This document shows positions 21,826-24,000 of a DNA stretch of 24,000 bases, piece by piece. Source of the DNA: Coriobacteriia bacterium (GTDB taxonomy: Bacteria; Actinomycetota; Coriobacteriia; Anaerosomatales; PALSA-660); assembly GCA_036508075.1 (NCBI GenBank), contig DATCIA010000105.1, positions 9,994 to 33,993 of the forward strand. Direction: 5' to 3'. Position 1 is the first letter of the stretch. Every line of letters begins with the position of its first letter. The position numbers were made by a program, and so were the translations under genes. Below the pieces are notes generated by a model. The model was given only the letters and a program-made list of their open reading frames with translations, had not been told where the DNA came from and made no database searches.

Positions 21826-24000
21826 TCAGTCCTTCGTCGTCTTCTTGCGCGGAGCGGCCGGCTTCTTCGCAGCGGCCTTGGGCTTGGCCTTGGGCTTCGC
21901 CTTGGCCTTCGCGCCGTACTTCGGCCTCGACGACAGCGACGTCCCCGCGGCGACCTTCTCCGGGCACTCGGGGTCGATGCAGATCGTCCACGGGCCCTTC
22001 CTGGTCGTGATCGTGACCTTCGGAGCGCCGCACGCGTCGCACTTCAGGCCCGGTACCACGATATCGCCTGACTGCGGCAGCGGATAGGCTATCGGGTGTT
22101 CCTTGGGGTCCCAGTGCTCGCAGCGCACGTAGCGCTTGCCGAACTGCGAGTACACGACCTTGAGCTCGCCGCCGCACTTGGGGCACTCACCGATCAGGAG
22201 CTCGGGGCCCTGCTTGGTCGGGCAGACCGGGGAAAGGCACATGATCGCGGGCCGCTTCTTGAACTGGATCACCTTGATGCGCGGCGAGCCGCACGCCTCG
22301 CACAGGCCCTCGGTGGCCTCGAACTTGGAGAGCTTGGGCAGCGGATAGGTCTGGCTGCAGTCGGGATAGCCCGAGCATCCGACGAACGAGCTCTTGTTCT
22401 TCGGCGAGAACTTGATCATCAGGTCGTTGCCGCATACCTGGCAGATGCCGACCTTCGCGTCCTCGTCGATCGCGGTCGACAGCTCGTCGGACACCTCGCT
22501 GACCTGGTCGAGGACGACGTCGATGACGGCGCCGAGCAGGTTGCGCGAGTGCTCGACGACGCGCTCGCGCGTGTCGCGGCCCTCGGCGATGGCGTCCATC
22601 TCGGCGTCGAGCACCGTGGTCATGTCGGGCGTGGTGATGCGCGCGGCGTGCGCGCTGAGCGCGGTGATGACGCTGACGCCCTTGTTGGTGGGTTCGATCG
22701 GCTCGCCCTTGACGTACTTGCGGTCGGCGAGCGTCTGGATGATGTCGTGGCGCGTCGCCTTCGTGCCGAGGCCGAGGCGCTCCATCTCCTGGATGAGCTT
22801 GCCCGAGCTGTAGCGCGCGGGCGGCTGCGTCTCCTTGGCCTCCATGGTCGCGCCGAGGAAGGCGAGTTCGTCGCCCTGCGCCATCGCGGGCAGGTGCTCG
22901 TCCTTCTTCAGGCCGTAGCCGTAGACCGCGCGGAAGCCCGGGACCACGACGACGTCGCCCTTTGCCACGAAGCGCTCGCCCGCGACGTCGATGTCGACAC
23001 GCGTGGCCTCCACGAACGACGGGCCGGACAGCGTCGCCATGAACCGGCGCGCGACGAGGTTGTAGATCTTCCACGCCTGGCCGTCGAGCTTCTCGGGATT
23101 GCCGGCGCCCGTGGGGTGGATCGGCGGGTGGTCGGTCGTCTCCTTGGGGCCGCGGGTGGGCGTGAGCTTGCCGCCCAGGATCCGCCCGGCGTGCTCGTGG
23201 TAGGTCGGCACCTCGGACAGCGTGTGCAGGATCGCCTTGAGGTCGAGGCTCGGCGGGTAGACGGTGTTGTCCACGCGCGGGTAGGAGATGTAGCCGCTCA
23301 TGTAGAGGGATTCGGCCACCTGCATGGTGCGCGCGGGGGTCAGGCCCTCGTTGGCGGCGACCGCCATCAGCGAGGTGGTGTTGAACGGCACCGGCGGATC
23401 GACCTTGCGGCGGGTGTTCTTGGTCTCGACGACGGTGCCGGTCTTCGCGCCGGCGACGGCCTCCATCGCGGCGAGCGCCGCCACTTCGGACTTGAAGCGG
23501 TCCGTGGCGTGCGTGGCGGTGACCGGGGTGCCGTCGGCGTCGAAGGCGCCCTTCACGGTCCAGTAGGCCTCGGGGACGAACGCGGTGCGCTCGGCCTCGC
23601 GGTCGACGATGAGCTTCAGCGTCGGCGTCTGGACGCGCCCGGCGGAGAGCACGTCACCATAGGAGCGGCGCGTCTTCATCTGCAGCGCGAGCGTCAGGAA
23701 GCGCGTGAGCGCGGCGCCCCAGGCGAGGTCGATGTCCTGGCGCGAGGCGCCGGCCTGGGCCAGCTCCTCCGAGATCGTGCCCGGCTCGGCGAAGGCGCGC
23801 TGGATCTCGTCCTTGGTGATGGCTGAGAAGCGCACGCGGGAGACCGGGACCGTCTTGTTCACCGAGCGTACGATGTCGCGCGCGTCGGCGCCGATCAGCT
23901 CGCCCTCGCGGTCGAAGTCGGTCGCGATGATGACGTCGTCGGCCTTCTTCGCGAGCGCCTTCAGGGACTGGATGATGCCCTTCTCGGCCGGGAACTTGAG
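21826..24000 (-). CDS. topA: Type IA DNA topoisomerase (TopA), C-terminal ~724 codons; N-terminus beyond right edge
   Basis: The reading frame stays open upstream of the track start to the window edge, covering TOPRIM (IIATDFDREGELIG). Also present: GRVQTPTL, the active-site LYMSGYISYPRVDN, DHPPIHPT, four CxxC...C...C Zn-ribbon units, and a KAKAKPKAKPKAAAKKPAAPRKK tail. Confidence 0.9.
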   Translation of the reverse strand, partial: LKFPAEKGIIQSLKALAKKADDVIIATDFDREGELIGADARDIVRSVNKTVPVSRVRFSAITKDEIQRAFAEPGTISEELAQAGASRQDIDLAWGAALTRFLTLALQMKTRRSYGDVLSAGRVQTPTLKLIVDREAERTAFVPEAYWTVKGAFDADGTPVTATHATDRFKSEVAALAAMEAVAGAKTGTVVETKNTRRKVDPPVPFNTTSLMAVAANEGLTPARTMQVAESLYMSGYISYPRVDNTVYPPSLDLKAILHTLSEVPTYHEHAGRILGGKLTPTRGPKETTDHPPIHPTGAGNPEKLDGQAWKIYNLVARRFMATLSGPSFVEATRVDIDVAGERFVAKGDVVVVPGFRAVYGYGLKKDEHLPAMAQGDELAFLGATMEAKETQPPARYSSGKLIQEMERLGLGTKATRHDIIQTLADRKYVKGEPIEPTNKGVSVITALSAHAARITTPDMTTVLDAEMDAIAEGRDTRERVVEHSRNLLGAVIDVVLDQVSEVSDELSTAIDEDAKVGICQVCGNDLMIKFSPKNKSSFVGCSGYPDCSQTYPLPKLSKFEATEGLCEACGSPRIKVIQFKKRPAIMCLSPVCPTKQGPELLIGECPKCGGELKVVYSQFGKRYVRCEHWDPKEHPIAYPLPQSGDIVVPGLKCDACGAPKVTITTRKGPWTICIDPECPEKVAAGTSLSSRPKYGAKAKAKPKAKPKAAAKKPAAPRKKTTKD

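Noticed and set aside
22096-23826. 576-aa plus-strand ORF
   Set aside because: It is antisense to topA and has the same low-complexity R/A/G/D composition. I recognise no motifs.

Overview
High-GC, Actinomycetota-like chromosomal segment. Hand-sampled lines are mostly 62-78% GC. Every protein gene except one lies on the minus strand. (1) 1-5557: an NADH:quinone oxidoreductase operon, nuoA-B-C-D-H-I-J-K-L. nuoL runs off the left edge, most junctions are coupled, and there is no nuoE/F/G between nuoD and nuoH. (2) 5.7-7.4 kb: a 138-aa hypothetical protein and a secreted CapA-family protein. (3) 7.4-10.8 kb: a same-strand toxin-antitoxin pile-up. It holds intact AbiEi/AbiEii, intact MqsR/MqsA, a 5'-truncated AbiEii paralogue with an in-frame TAG, and HicB followed by an aberrant overlapping ORF. 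(4) galE, then the only plus-strand gene: an orphan radical SAM enzyme with a SPASM/twitch-like Cys array and visibly lower GC. It converges on tRNA-Thr(CGU). (5) An XRE-HTH::MNT nucleotidyltransferase fusion with a decayed HepT/HEPN partner. (6) 14-24 kb: a gene string topA(partial) / CN-hydrolase-like / mdh / class-I fumarate hydratase alpha / MFS transporter / fumarate hydratase beta / tmk / holB / PSP1(RicT-like), with overlapping stop/start codons from mdh through the PSP1 gene. I saw no CRISPR array, integrase or transposase. The most second-look-worthy items are the orphan low-GC rSAM beside the tRNA, the HTH-MNT with a dead HEPN partner, the MFS gene wedged between the two fumarate hydratase subunits, and the TA graveyard. 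All family calls come from motif recognition by eye; no searches were run.
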